Shown: positions 9,524-18,671 of the stretch, piece after piece
Layout: each line of letters opens with the position of its first letter
How positions within the stretch are numbered: the stretch's first letter is position 1
Assembly (NCBI GenBank): GCA_017416445.1
Contig: JAFQCJ010000019.1
Location: 13,442-77,441 of the forward strand
DNA length: 64,000 bases
Reading direction: 5' to 3'
From: Oscillospiraceae bacterium
GTDB taxonomy: Bacteria > Bacillota > Clostridia > Oscillospirales > Oscillospiraceae
The notes under the pieces: generated by a model
Told to the model about the DNA's origin: nothing
Database searches by the model: none
The model's input: the letters and a program-made list of their open reading frames with translations, nothing else
Program-made: the position numbers and the translations under genes

Positions 9524-10696
9524 TCAGCGATGCAGCTCCATCAGTTTCTGCTTCAGCTCACCCTCAATGCGACCCAGCTCCGCCTCGGCGGCCTTGCGCT
9601 TCTGGGCTCCCTCGGACTGAATACGCAGCACCTCATCGAGGGTGGAGATGAGCTGCTGGTTGGTGTGCTTCAGCGTCTCGATATCCACGATGGAGCGCTC
9701 CGCCTCCTTGGCGGTGGCGATGGTACCCATCTTCAGAGCATCGGCATTCTTTTTCAGCAGTTCATTGGTCATCTCTGTGACGGCACTCTGGGCGGCAGTG
9801 GCCTGACGGCTGTGCTCCATGCCCAGTGCCAGCACCATCTGGCTCTTCCACAGGGGGATGGTGTTCACCAGAGAAGACTGGATCTTTTCGATCATAAGGG
9901 TATCGTTATTCTGCAGCAAACGGGTCTGCGGGCCCATCTGGACAGAGATCATGCGGGTCAGTTCCAGATCATGAAGCTTCTTTTCAAAGCGCTCACACAG
10001 CTGAACATAGTCGTTATATGCCTGGGCATCCTCGGCCAGGCCAGAGGCCTCTGCCTTCTTACGCATCTCTTCCAGCTCGCCGCTACGGACATCCGCCAAA
10101 CGCTTCTTGCCCGCCAGGATGTACATGGTCAGTTCCTTATAGTACTTCAGGTTCAGCTCATACATCTGGTCGAACATGGCCACATCTTTCAAAAGAGTGA
10201 TCTGATGATTCTCCAAACTCTGAGCGATCTTATCCACATTGGCCTCTACCTTGCTGTAGCGGGCCTTGAAGGCCTCCACGCTTTCACCGGCCTTGTAAAA
10301 CAGTCCCTTCAGTCCCTTGGGCTTCTCCAGGGCGGTAAACCCTTTCAGCTCCACCACCAAACGGCCCAGATCGTTGCCGATCTCACCCAGGTCCTTGTTG
10401 CGCACATTGCCCAACGCACCCTCGGAGAAGGAGGCCACGCTTTTCTGTGCCGCAGCACCATACTGTAAAATCTGATTGGTGTCCCGAATATCGATCTTCT
10501 TGGCAAACTCGTTGACGGCAGCCTTTTCTTCCTCCGTCAGCATACTCTCATCCAGCACCACAGGCTCCACCGCCTTTTCCTCCTTGGGAATTGCAGGCGT
10601 GTCGGGCGCTTCGGGGGTCAGGGTCAGCTTGGGCATCTCCACGGCAACAGCGTCATCCGGAGTCAGGGTCAGCTGCGGGATCTTATTCTCGGTCAT
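9524..10696 (-). CDS. telA: Toxic anion resistance protein TelA/YaaN
   Basis: ILQYGAAAQK, LLKDVAMFDQMYELN, FEKKLHDLELTR, QTRLLQNND..EKIQS..VNTIPLWKSQ, ERSIVDIETL. Confidence 0.9.
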   Translation of the reverse strand: MTENKIPQLTLTPDDAVAVEMPKLTLTPEAPDTPAIPKEEKAVEPVVLDESMLTEEEKAAVNEFAKKIDIRDTNQILQYGAAAQKSVASFSEGALGNVRNKDLGEIGNDLGRLVVELKGFTALEKPKGLKGLFYKAGESVEAFKARYSKVEANVDKIAQSLENHQITLLKDVAMFDQMYELNLKYYKELTMYILAGKKRLADVRSGELEEMRKKAEASGLAEDAQAYNDYVQLCERFEKKLHDLELTRMISVQMGPQTRLLQNNDTLMIEKIQSSLVNTIPLWKSQMVLALGMEHSRQATAAQSAVTEMTNELLKKNADALKMGTIATAKEAERSIVDIETLKHTNQQLISTLDEVLRIQSEGAQKRKAAEAELGRIEGELKQKLMELHR

Positions 10697-10736
10697 AGCG
10701 CTTCTTCCTTTCTTTTGTTTTATATTACGATCTTTT

Positions 10737-11456
10737 TTACAGTTCCAGTGTGATCTCTCCTGCACTCACCTGGGTGGCAGTCTCCACCGCAGCGGCGGAG
10801 CTCTCGGCCTCACGCACCGCCTCTTTGAGGCCATCCTCAGTGATACCCTCCCGGGCCAGCATCTGTTCCATTACTACCATATCGGTGGAGATGTCCAGCG
10901 CCTCGGCGGAGAAGAGGTTGTCCAGCTGCTTTTCAAATGCGCGGATGATGGTGGACATCATATTCTCCACGCGCTTCATCGTGGAAGTAATGTTCTCACC
11001 CTCCACCTGCTGCTCCTCCAACACATCGTAGGAGCGCAGCACTTTCAGTGTGGTGGGAAGATAATAGTTCATAAAACGGCGGATGTCCCGCAGTTTTTCG
11101 GGATTGGCCTCCACATGATCGAAGATCCGTTGGGCAAGGATCTGCAGCCGCACAATCTGCCCAGAGATCCCCTCGTCATCAATGGCCGCGTCAAGTACCT
11201 TCATCTCTTCGATGGCAGCCTTTCCCTCGGCAAGCATCTTATCCAGTTCCGCGTTGCCCGTAGTCACGGGCTCTTCGGGCACTTCCACCTCCACATTGCC
11301 ACAGAAACAGCGGGCAATCACACCCACCACCGCCGTGGCGGCAATGGCCAGCAGGAAATGGGGCAGCCGATACAGGGGGAAGAGCAGGCCGTAGAGTACC
11401 CAGGTCAGCGCCACAACATACAGCGGTATGGCGGATTTTTTCACGATTTTTTTCAT
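10737..11456 (-). CDS. xpaC: XpaC-like (5-bromo-4-chloroindolyl phosphate hydrolysis family) protein
   Basis: Two N-terminal TMs; RRFMNYYLPTT.K..Y and LF..EALDISTDM.VM motifs; lies upstream of telA as in the known xpaC-yaaN pair. Promoter TTGACC-17-TATAAT upstream. Confidence 0.8.
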   Translation of the reverse strand: MKKIVKKSAIPLYVVALTWVLYGLLFPLYRLPHFLLAIAATAVVGVIARCFCGNVEVEVPEEPVTTGNAELDKMLAEGKAAIEEMKVLDAAIDDEGISGQIVRLQILAQRIFDHVEANPEKLRDIRRFMNYYLPTTLKVLRSYDVLEEQQVEGENITSTMKRVENMMSTIIRAFEKQLDNLFSAEALDISTDMVVMEQMLAREGITEDGLKEAVREAESSAAAVETATQVSAGEITLEL

Positions 11457-11558
11457 GTCCGACCCTCCGTTTTCAGCATTTCGTATTGGGGTTATTATAC
11501 TCCATCCGCCTCCCTCGGTCAAGAAAAAAGAGACGGCTGCGCCGTCTCTCCTCCCCTG

Positions 11559-12104
11559 TCACAGCCCCTGTGAAATACCCGTCTGGCCTGTTACGGGATC
11601 GGTAAACAGGGGGATCTGTGGTGGGAAAAAGGTCCAGTATACGACGAGGGCCAGAGACAGCAGCAGTATGGCAGCGCCGCAAACCGACCAGAACTTACCC
11701 TGCAGCCTCCCCTTATCCAGCCACCGCCACGAAACAAAAAAAGCCAGCAGCACCGCAAGCTGAAAGATGATAATATTTATAATGGCCACATTGCTGCCGC
11801 TTGCACCCACATAGGTGTAGTACACCGCAGGGATATAAATCACGCCCAGCAGCAGCGCCGCAGCACGGGAGCCAAGAATATTGATGCGACTACGGCGTAA
11901 CGCCAGCGTCTCCAGCACTGACCACAGCACCCATGGTACTACCAGTAGTTTGATGTGCTCCCACACCGACTCGTTGACGGCAGCAATCGCACCAACAGCT
12001 GCGCTCTCTCCTGACCAATCAAAGACAAAGTGGAAGAGATTGCCCCAGATCAGCGTGAAAAACAACCCCGCCACTTCCCACTTACGCCACGATTTTTCTC
12101 TCAT
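11559..12104 (-). CDS. Conserved multi-TM hypothetical protein (DUF6512-like)
   Basis: GNLFHFVFDWSG, AVNESVWEHIKL, YIPAVYYTY and PPQIPLFTDP motifs. Confidence 0.7.
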   Translation of the reverse strand: MREKSWRKWEVAGLFFTLIWGNLFHFVFDWSGESAAVGAIAAVNESVWEHIKLLVVPWVLWSVLETLALRRSRINILGSRAAALLLGVIYIPAVYYTYVGASGSNVAIINIIIFQLAVLLAFFVSWRWLDKGRLQGKFWSVCGAAILLLSLALVVYWTFFPPQIPLFTDPVTGQTGISQGL

Positions 12105-12230
12105 CTGTCCACTTCTCCCTCCGCTGATATTCTCTATCAGTGTACACGGTGCAAGAAGAAAATATGCATTTCACCCGCCCCATTCGATTACTCTTTGTAT
12201 TGTTTCGACAAAATATTACGATACAGATAG

Positions 12231-12264
12231 AAAAACACCCGGGTTCGGATGAACTCGGGTGTTT
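12231..12264 (-). terminator. Intrinsic terminator of the TRAP operon
   Basis: aaacacccgggttc-ggat-gaactcgggtgttt hairpin with A-run on the plus strand. Confidence 0.75.
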
Positions 12265-12290
12265 GGTTCGGATTAGGTTTGTATCCAGCG

Positions 12291-14279
12291 TCAGACCGCT
12301 GCAGCGTTGATTTTCTTGGCGTGGGTGTACTGATACACCACCACAGCCGCCAGTACTACGAGGCCGATGACATCGGTCAGCAGACCGGGAATCATCATGC
12401 ACAGGCCACCGGCAATCAACACCAGACGAAGAACTACAGGCACCTTGCAGTAGAAATGACCATTAAGGGCCGTCGCCACAGAGAACAGACCCAACAGCGC
12501 CGTAATACCAATGACAATCACATCGAAAATCATGGCGCCGATATTGGGCACCACAGCGCCGCTCAGATCCACAAAGAGCATCTCCGGATTATAAGCGAAG
12601 ATATACGGGACAATGAAGGCGGCTATTGCCAGCTTTGTTGCTGTAATACCTGTCTTCATGGGATCGGACTTCGCGATAGCAGAGCCGGCGTAGGCAGCCA
12701 GTGCCACGGGAGGCGTAATGTCTGCCACGATGCCAAAGTAGAACACAAAGAAGTGGGCGGCCACCACATTGAAGCCCAGCTGTACCAGAATGGGGGCACA
12801 GGTAGCAGCCATGATGCAGTAGTTGGCGGTGGTGGGAACGCCCATGCCCAGCACGATGCAGCAGATCATGGTCAGCACCAGACCGATGATGGTAGCATTA
12901 CCGGCGAGGTTGACAATACCGTTGATGAGGATAGATGCAAGACCGGTAACAGTGATGCATCCGGCAATGATACCGGCCATAGCGCAGGCCACAGCCACGG
13001 TGACAGCGCCGCGGGCACCGGCCTCGAGAGCCTCGAGGATCTTGCCGGGGGTCAGTCGCTCCTCGGAGTTGAGGAAGCCCACCACGATGGCGGCAAGGAT
13101 AGACACAGAGGCGGAGAACTGCATGGTACGGGCACCGGAGGAGACCAGGCCGATCAGCAGCACCAGAGGCAACAGCAGATAGACCTTCTTCAGCAGATAG
13201 CTGACCTTGGGCAGCTCGCTCTTGGGAATACCCTTCAGACCCAGTTTCTTGGCCTCCAGATGGACGGTAATAAAGATACCGGCAAAATAGAGAACGGCGG
13301 GCAGAATGGCCTTGATGGCAACCTGAATATAGGGAATATCCATGTACTCTGCCATCAGGAAGGCGGCAGCGCCCATGATGGGAGGCATGATCTGACCACC
13401 GGTGGAGGCAGCAGCCTCAACAGCGGCGGCAAACTCGGGCTTATAGCCCGTCTTCTTCATCAGCGGGATGGTGATAGAGCCGGAACCCACGGTGTTGGCC
13501 ACGGAAGAACCGGAGCACATACCCTCCAGGGCACTGGCAACCACGGCCACCTTGGCGGGGCCGCCGGAGTAGGCGCCCACCAGACGGTTGGCGAACTGGA
13601 TGAAATAGTTGCCGATACCGGTACGCTCAAGAAATGCACCGAAGATGATGAAGAGGACAATATAGGTGTAGCAGACATTGATGGGGGTACCGATCACACC
13701 GGAGGTGGTGTAGAACAGCTTATAGATAATGTTCTTCAATGCCTGATAGAAGTCGGGATTATAAGAGAGCTGATTGTAGAATGCGTAGATCACCAGCGCA
13801 CCCACCACGCAGAGAATAGGAACACCTACGCAGCGGCGGCACAGTTCGATCAGCACCAGAATGCCCACGATGCCGATGACAACATGGTGCGGCTGAATAC
13901 GGGTAGCGACCTTAATGATAGGCAGGGCATTGAACGCGAAGTAGAAAAACGCGCCTGCACCTAAAACCATCAACACGATATCATACCAGGGGATGTGATT
14001 GACACGCACATGCCCCTTCTTGGCAGGATAGGTGATGAATCCGACAACAATAATAAAACCGAGGAACAGGGTAAGCCGGGTCTCAGGCAGTGCCGTGGAG
14101 AACAGCGTCATACCAATGCAATACAGGGCGAAGGCAGCCAGCAGACAGCGCACAACGATCTTGGGCACGCCCTCCCAGACACGGGTAGCGGATTCGCGGT
14201 CATATTTCCGCATTACCGCCTCAAGGTCCATATCGTGGTCATGAACCGCGTCGGCCTTGTGTTTTTTGAACAAACTCAT
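12291..14279 (-). CDS. TRAP transporter fused 4TM/12TM permease
   Basis: GGPAKVAVVAS, SGSSVANTV.SGS.TIPLMKKTGY, EAAASTGGQIMPPIMGAAAFLMAE, LGMGVPTTANY, ADITPPVALAAY. Confidence 0.93.
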   Translation of the reverse strand: MSLFKKHKADAVHDHDMDLEAVMRKYDRESATRVWEGVPKIVVRCLLAAFALYCIGMTLFSTALPETRLTLFLGFIIVVGFITYPAKKGHVRVNHIPWYDIVLMVLGAGAFFYFAFNALPIIKVATRIQPHHVVIGIVGILVLIELCRRCVGVPILCVVGALVIYAFYNQLSYNPDFYQALKNIIYKLFYTTSGVIGTPINVCYTYIVLFIIFGAFLERTGIGNYFIQFANRLVGAYSGGPAKVAVVASALEGMCSGSSVANTVGSGSITIPLMKKTGYKPEFAAAVEAAASTGGQIMPPIMGAAAFLMAEYMDIPYIQVAIKAILPAVLYFAGIFITVHLEAKKLGLKGIPKSELPKVSYLLKKVYLLLPLVLLIGLVSSGARTMQFSASVSILAAIVVGFLNSEERLTPGKILEALEAGARGAVTVAVACAMAGIIAGCITVTGLASILINGIVNLAGNATIIGLVLTMICCIVLGMGVPTTANYCIMAATCAPILVQLGFNVVAAHFFVFYFGIVADITPPVALAAYAGSAIAKSDPMKTGITATKLAIAAFIVPYIFAYNPEMLFVDLSGAVVPNIGAMIFDVIVIGITALLGLFSVATALNGHFYCKVPVVLRLVLIAGGLCMMIPGLLTDVIGLVVLAAVVVYQYTHAKKINAAAV

Positions 14280-14410
14280 GGGGTTTTCTCCTAATCCGAA
14301 AAATTGTAAAGAACGCACGAGGACTACGGCGGGAAAATCCCGCCGTAGTCTCGTTAATTACCGATAGACAGGCCTAACGGCCTTTCTCCGTCAGTGTCCG
14401 CACTAAGGAA

Positions 14411-15397
14411 TCAGCCGGCGACAGTGAAGCCCTTCTCAGCGAAGTACTTGGCAGCACCGGGATGGTAGGGGACAGAGGTGATGGAGGAGCCGTACTCCAG
14501 GCTCAGCTCGCCGTACTTGGCATGGCTGGAGACCAGATTGGCAGCATTGTCGAAGATGTCGGCGCACAGGGCGTAAACAGCATCCTCGGACACAGTGTTG
14601 GCAGCCAGGATGACAGCACCCACGGCCACGGTGGTCACATCGCCGTCGAGACCGGCATAGGTATCAGCAGAGATGACATTCTTGGCATAGTAGGGGGAGG
14701 AGGCCAGCAGTGCCTCAATATGCTCGTCATCCAGAGCCACCAGATGGACATCCTTGGTGGTAGCCAGATCGGTGATAGCAGCGGTGGGAGCACCGGAAAC
14801 CACGAAAGCGGCATCGATCTGACCATCCTTCAGGGAGGAGGCGCTATCGCCAAAGCCCTGGTAGGTGGGCTCAATGTCAGCCTCGGTCAGGCCATAGGCA
14901 CCCAGAATGTCGATGGCGTTGAAGTACACACCGGAACCGGCGGCACCGATGGAGACCTTCTTACCGGCCAGATCAGCAACAGTCTTGATCTCGGGATCCA
15001 GCGTCACGATCTGCACCTGCTCCATATACAGAGCTGCCACAGTGGAGAAGCAGTCAATCGCACCCACTTCGGCAAACAGGTTGGTACCCTCATAGGCGTA
15101 AGCCATTACATCGGACTGGCAGAAGGCCAGCTCAGCATTGCCGTCCAGCAGCTCCATGACATTGGACTGGGAACCGTTACCCACCAGACCCACAACATCC
15201 ACACCGGCGTTGTTGGTGGCGTGCTGGGCAATGACGGAACCGAAGGCATAATAGGTGCCGGACTCACCGCCGGTCACAAAACGCAGCTTGGAGGGGGCGG
15301 GAGTATTGCCTTCGCCACCATCGGCGGGGGCGCTGCCGCAGGCCACCAGGCTGAGTGCCATCACGAGGGCCAGAACCAGAGCAAAAAACTTCTTCAT
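14411..15397 (-). CDS. TAXI-family TRAP solute-binding lipoprotein
   Basis: Lipobox LVAC; TGGESGTYY, QSDVM, LYMEQVQIV, GKKVSIGAAGSG, DGQIDAAF, VPYHPGAAKYF. Confidence 0.93.
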   Translation of the reverse strand: MKKFFALVLALVMALSLVACGSAPADGGEGNTPAPSKLRFVTGGESGTYYAFGSVIAQHATNNAGVDVVGLVGNGSQSNVMELLDGNAELAFCQSDVMAYAYEGTNLFAEVGAIDCFSTVAALYMEQVQIVTLDPEIKTVADLAGKKVSIGAAGSGVYFNAIDILGAYGLTEADIEPTYQGFGDSASSLKDGQIDAAFVVSGAPTAAITDLATTKDVHLVALDDEHIEALLASSPYYAKNVISADTYAGLDGDVTTVAVGAVILAANTVSEDAVYALCADIFDNAANLVSSHAKYGELSLEYGSSITSVPYHPGAAKYFAEKGFTVAG

Positions 15398-15480
15398 AAC
15401 AGTATCTCTCCTTGCGAATCAGAATATTGCGGGAAACCCGCGTGCCGCCGCAAGCGGCGGACTTTTTACTCGATGGTCGT

Positions 15481-15509
15481 ATTATACTACTCACTTTTCA
15501 TTTTTGCAA
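15481..15509 (-). promoter_or_regulatory. sigmaA promoter of the TAXI-TRAP operon
   Basis: TTGCAA-17-TATAAT on the minus strand. Confidence 0.75.
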
Positions 15510-15753
15510 GTCCTAATTTTAAAAATTTCATTTTAATTTTTTCGTTTTTTCTGTTTTCTCCCTTCCATCACCGCAAATTCCATGTTTTTACAACATTTTT
15601 ACAGAATACTCTCTTCTCGCTAAAGCTGCATGCCTTTCATTTTGCAAGTCTTTCCTGCAAAAATTGCAATTTTTGGGACTTAACTTGCATTTTCCCATTC
15701 TTGCTCCACAATATCTCGTGTTTTGTTCGCCGCTGCCGCACAATTGGGACATC

Positions 15754-15786
15754 AAAAAAGAAGAGCCCCGCAGGGCTCTTCTTTTT
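15754..15786 (-). terminator. thrS terminator
   Basis: aaaaaagaagagccc-cgca-gggctcttcttttt. Confidence 0.85.
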
Positions 15787-15804
15787 GGTATATTGGGACT
15801 TTTT

Positions 15805-17598
15805 TTACTTCTTGGCCTTGGTGTCCACAACTTCCTTCACCAGTGCCACAAACTCCGCTACACTCATGGCGCCCAGATCGCCGTCGGCGCGGTGACGGGG
15901 AGAGACGGTACCGTTCTCGATGTCGCGATCGCCCACGATCACCATGTAGGGAACCTTCTCCATCTGACCGTCGCGGATCTTCTTGCCGATCTTCTCGTTG
16001 CGGTAGTCCACCTTAGCGCGGACACCGGCCATCTGCAGCTGCTCCTGCACAGACTTGGCATAATCGGCAGCGCGATCGGTAACAGGCATGACACGGACCT
16101 GCTCATCCATCAGCCAGGTGGGCAGCGCACCGGCATACTCCTCAATGAGGTAGGCCAGAGTACGCTCATAGCAGCCCATGGAGGTGCGGTGGATGATATA
16201 GGGCAGTGCCTTCTCGCCGTTCTCGTCGATATAGTACATACCGAACTTCTCAGCCAGCAACATATCCACCTGAATGGTGACCAGCGTATCTTCCTTGCCG
16301 AAGACATTCTTGTACTGGATATCCAGCTTGGGGCCGTAGAAAGCGGCCTCGTCGATACCCACCTCGTAATCAATGCCCAGATTGTCAAGGATCTTACCCA
16401 TGACAGCCTGTGCCTCTTCCCACTGCTGGGCAGTACCCTCGTACTTGTTGTTGGGGTTGGCGGGATCCCACTGGGAGAAGCGGAAGAAACACTTATCCCA
16501 CATGCCCAGAGTCTCCATCATATACTTGCTCAACTCGAAGCAGCGGTGGAACTCCTCCTCCAGCTGATCGGGACGCAGCACCAGATGGCCCTCGGAAATG
16601 GTGAACTGGCGGACACGGATGAGGCCGTGCATCTCACCGGAGTCCTCGTTGCGGAACAGGGTGGAAGTCTCGCCCAGGCGCATGGGCAGATCACGGTAGG
16701 AGCGCTGACGGTTCAGATAGACCTGATACTGGAAGGGGCAGGTCATAGGACGCAGAGCAAAGCACTCAGCGCTCTCATCGTGGGGATCGCCCATGATGAA
16801 CATACCATCCAGATAATGATCCCAGTGACCGGAGATGCGGTACAGGTCGCGCTTGGCCATCAGAGGCGTCTTGGTGCGGACATAACCCCACTTCTCCTCC
16901 GTGTCCTCCACCCAGCGTTGCAGCTCCTGAATGGCACGGGTGCCCTTGGGCAGCAGCACAGGCAGACCCTGACCCACATAGTCCACCGTGGTGAAGTACT
17001 CCAGCTCACGACCCAGCTTGTTATGGTCGCGCTTGAGAGCCTCAGCCTGCTGGGCAAGGTATGCGTCCAGCTCATCCTTCTTGGGGAAAGCCACAGCATA
17101 GATACGCTGGAGCATCTTGCGGTTGGAGTCGCCGCGCCAGTAAGCACCGGTAGCGGAGGTCAGCTTGATGGCGTTGCCCTTAATGCGGCCGGTGGAATCC
17201 AGATGGGGGCCGGCACACAGGTCAACGAACTCACCCTGCTTATAGAAGCTGATAACAGCATCCTCGGGAAGGTCGTTGATCAGCTCTACCTTGTAGGGCT
17301 CTTCCTTCTCCTCCATAAACTGGATGGCCTCGGCGCGGGGCAGCTCGAAGCGCTCCAGTTTCAGCTTCTCCTTGCAGATCTTGCGCATCTCAGCCTCCAT
17401 GGCCTCCAGATGCTCGGCGGTAAAGGAGAAGGGCGCATCGAAGTCATAGTAAAAACCGTTCTCGATGCTGGGACCGATGGCCAGCTTCACCTCGGGGTAC
17501 AGGCGCTTGACAGCCTGTGCCAGCACATGGGAGCAGGTGTGCCAGTAGGTCTGGCGGTATTCCTTGTTTTCAAAAGTGTAGATGTTCTCTTCGCTCAT
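15805..17598 (-). CDS. thrS: Threonyl-tRNA synthetase lacking the N-terminal TGS domain
   Basis: HTCSH and DLCAGPH editing motifs, RDHNKLG, SGHWDHY, LRPMTCP, HGLIRVRQF, AAFYGPKLD, IIHR, GKKIR anticodon domain. Confidence 0.97.
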   Translation of the reverse strand: MSEENIYTFENKEYRQTYWHTCSHVLAQAVKRLYPEVKLAIGPSIENGFYYDFDAPFSFTAEHLEAMEAEMRKICKEKLKLERFELPRAEAIQFMEEKEEPYKVELINDLPEDAVISFYKQGEFVDLCAGPHLDSTGRIKGNAIKLTSATGAYWRGDSNRKMLQRIYAVAFPKKDELDAYLAQQAEALKRDHNKLGRELEYFTTVDYVGQGLPVLLPKGTRAIQELQRWVEDTEEKWGYVRTKTPLMAKRDLYRISGHWDHYLDGMFIMGDPHDESAECFALRPMTCPFQYQVYLNRQRSYRDLPMRLGETSTLFRNEDSGEMHGLIRVRQFTISEGHLVLRPDQLEEEFHRCFELSKYMMETLGMWDKCFFRFSQWDPANPNNKYEGTAQQWEEAQAVMGKILDNLGIDYEVGIDEAAFYGPKLDIQYKNVFGKEDTLVTIQVDMLLAEKFGMYYIDENGEKALPYIIHRTSMGCYERTLAYLIEEYAGALPTWLMDEQVRVMPVTDRAADYAKSVQEQLQMAGVRAKVDYRNEKIGKKIRDGQMEKVPYMVIVGDRDIENGTVSPRHRADGDLGAMSVAEFVALVKEVVDTKAKK

Positions 17599-17635
17599 GG
17601 GATATTCCTCCTTCAAGATTCGGGGTGTAAGAGGA

Positions 17636-17880
17636 TAAAAAATCCCCACCCCTGACATGGTTCTCAGGGGTGGGGTAATACATTACTCCACGGTTCCACC
17701 CTGCTTACAGCACTTGTGTGCTGTCGCTCGTGTGCCTTTTAACGGAGGCAAATCGTTCCGGTCATCCCGGACGGCTCAGGAGTGGTACAGACCGCCCAAC
17801 CACCATGCATCGCTTCCAGCCAGGGCGACGCTCTCTTGTTCGGTGTGGTTACGGCTTCTTCTCCGTCATCGCTGTTTTTA
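17636..17880 (-). ncRNA. T-box riboswitch (Thr) upstream of thrS
   Basis: Minus strand: GCGATGA start, AGAGA and GCTGGAA stem I motifs, probable specifier ACC (17784-17786), T-box GGTGGAACC (17692-17700), terminator ccccacccctga...tcaggggtgggga-TTTTTT. Confidence 0.92.
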
Positions 17881-17891
17881 CATCAACGGAT

Positions 17892-17920
17892 AGTATAAAC
17901 CCTTTTTTATTCCTTGTCAA
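17892..17920 (-). promoter_or_regulatory. sigmaA promoter of the T-box/thrS leader
   Basis: TTGACA-17-TATACT, overlapping the 3' end of the HAD gene. Confidence 0.8.
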
Positions 17921-18554
17921 CGGGGAAATGCAGCACCTCTTCCGCCGTATCGGCAATTTGCGTCGCCCCGAGAGAGACCAGCAGCTCACGACTGCGGAAT
18001 CCCCAGCTGACAGCGATCAAAGGCATATCGGCGTTCTTCGCCGTGGCCACATCCACCTCGCTGTCACCGATGTATACCGCCCCTTCCCTCTTCGCCTCCA
18101 GCTCTGCAAGGGCGGCAACGATCATATCGGGAGCAGGCTTGCGGGGGATACCGCTGCGCTCACCAAAGGCGGGAATGCCGGGAAAAAACCTCTCTGCCAG
18201 CTCACAGACAGCCCCATGGGGCTTATTGGACACGATAGCCACCTTGCAGCCTTCGCCTTTTAGTTTCTCCAACACCGTCATGATCTCTTCATAGGGTGCA
18301 GTCTTGATACAGGAGTGGGCCTCGTAATAGGTTCTGAAGTCCTCCAGCATCGTCTGAAATTGCGGAGCCGCCTCCCCCTCCGGGAGACAACCGGCTACCA
18401 GTTCACGGGCTCCGTTGCCGGTGGCCGCCACCACAGCTTCACGGCTGCAGGTGGGATAGCCGTATTTCACAAGGATGTGGTTTACCGCATCGGTCAAATC
18501 CTGAGCCGTGTCCAGCAGTGTGCCGTCCAAATCAAATAGGTAAGTGGTATACAT
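17907..18554 (-). CDS. HAD-family hydrolase (phosphoglycolate phosphatase-like)
   Basis: FDLDGTLLDT, VSNK, RKPAPD, YIGDSEVD, VSWGFR. Confidence 0.9.
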   Translation of the reverse strand: MYTTYLFDLDGTLLDTAQDLTDAVNHILVKYGYPTCSREAVVAATGNGARELVAGCLPEGEAAPQFQTMLEDFRTYYEAHSCIKTAPYEEIMTVLEKLKGEGCKVAIVSNKPHGAVCELAERFFPGIPAFGERSGIPRKPAPDMIVAALAELEAKREGAVYIGDSEVDVATAKNADMPLIAVSWGFRSRELLVSLGATQIADTAEEVLHFPVDKE

Positions 18555-18618
18555 GTTGCATTTCTCCTTTTTTCTCGCTGCCCTACAGTATACGCCTCCC
18601 GCCCTCATTCGTAAAGAG

Positions 18619-18654
18619 AAAAAAAAGATGTCCGACGGAGGTCGGACATCTTTT
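18619..18654 (-). terminator. Terminator of the APC permease
   Basis: aaaagatgtccgac-ggag-gtcggacatctttt. Confidence 0.8.
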
Positions 18655-18671
18655 CATGTCTTGTGTGTTCC

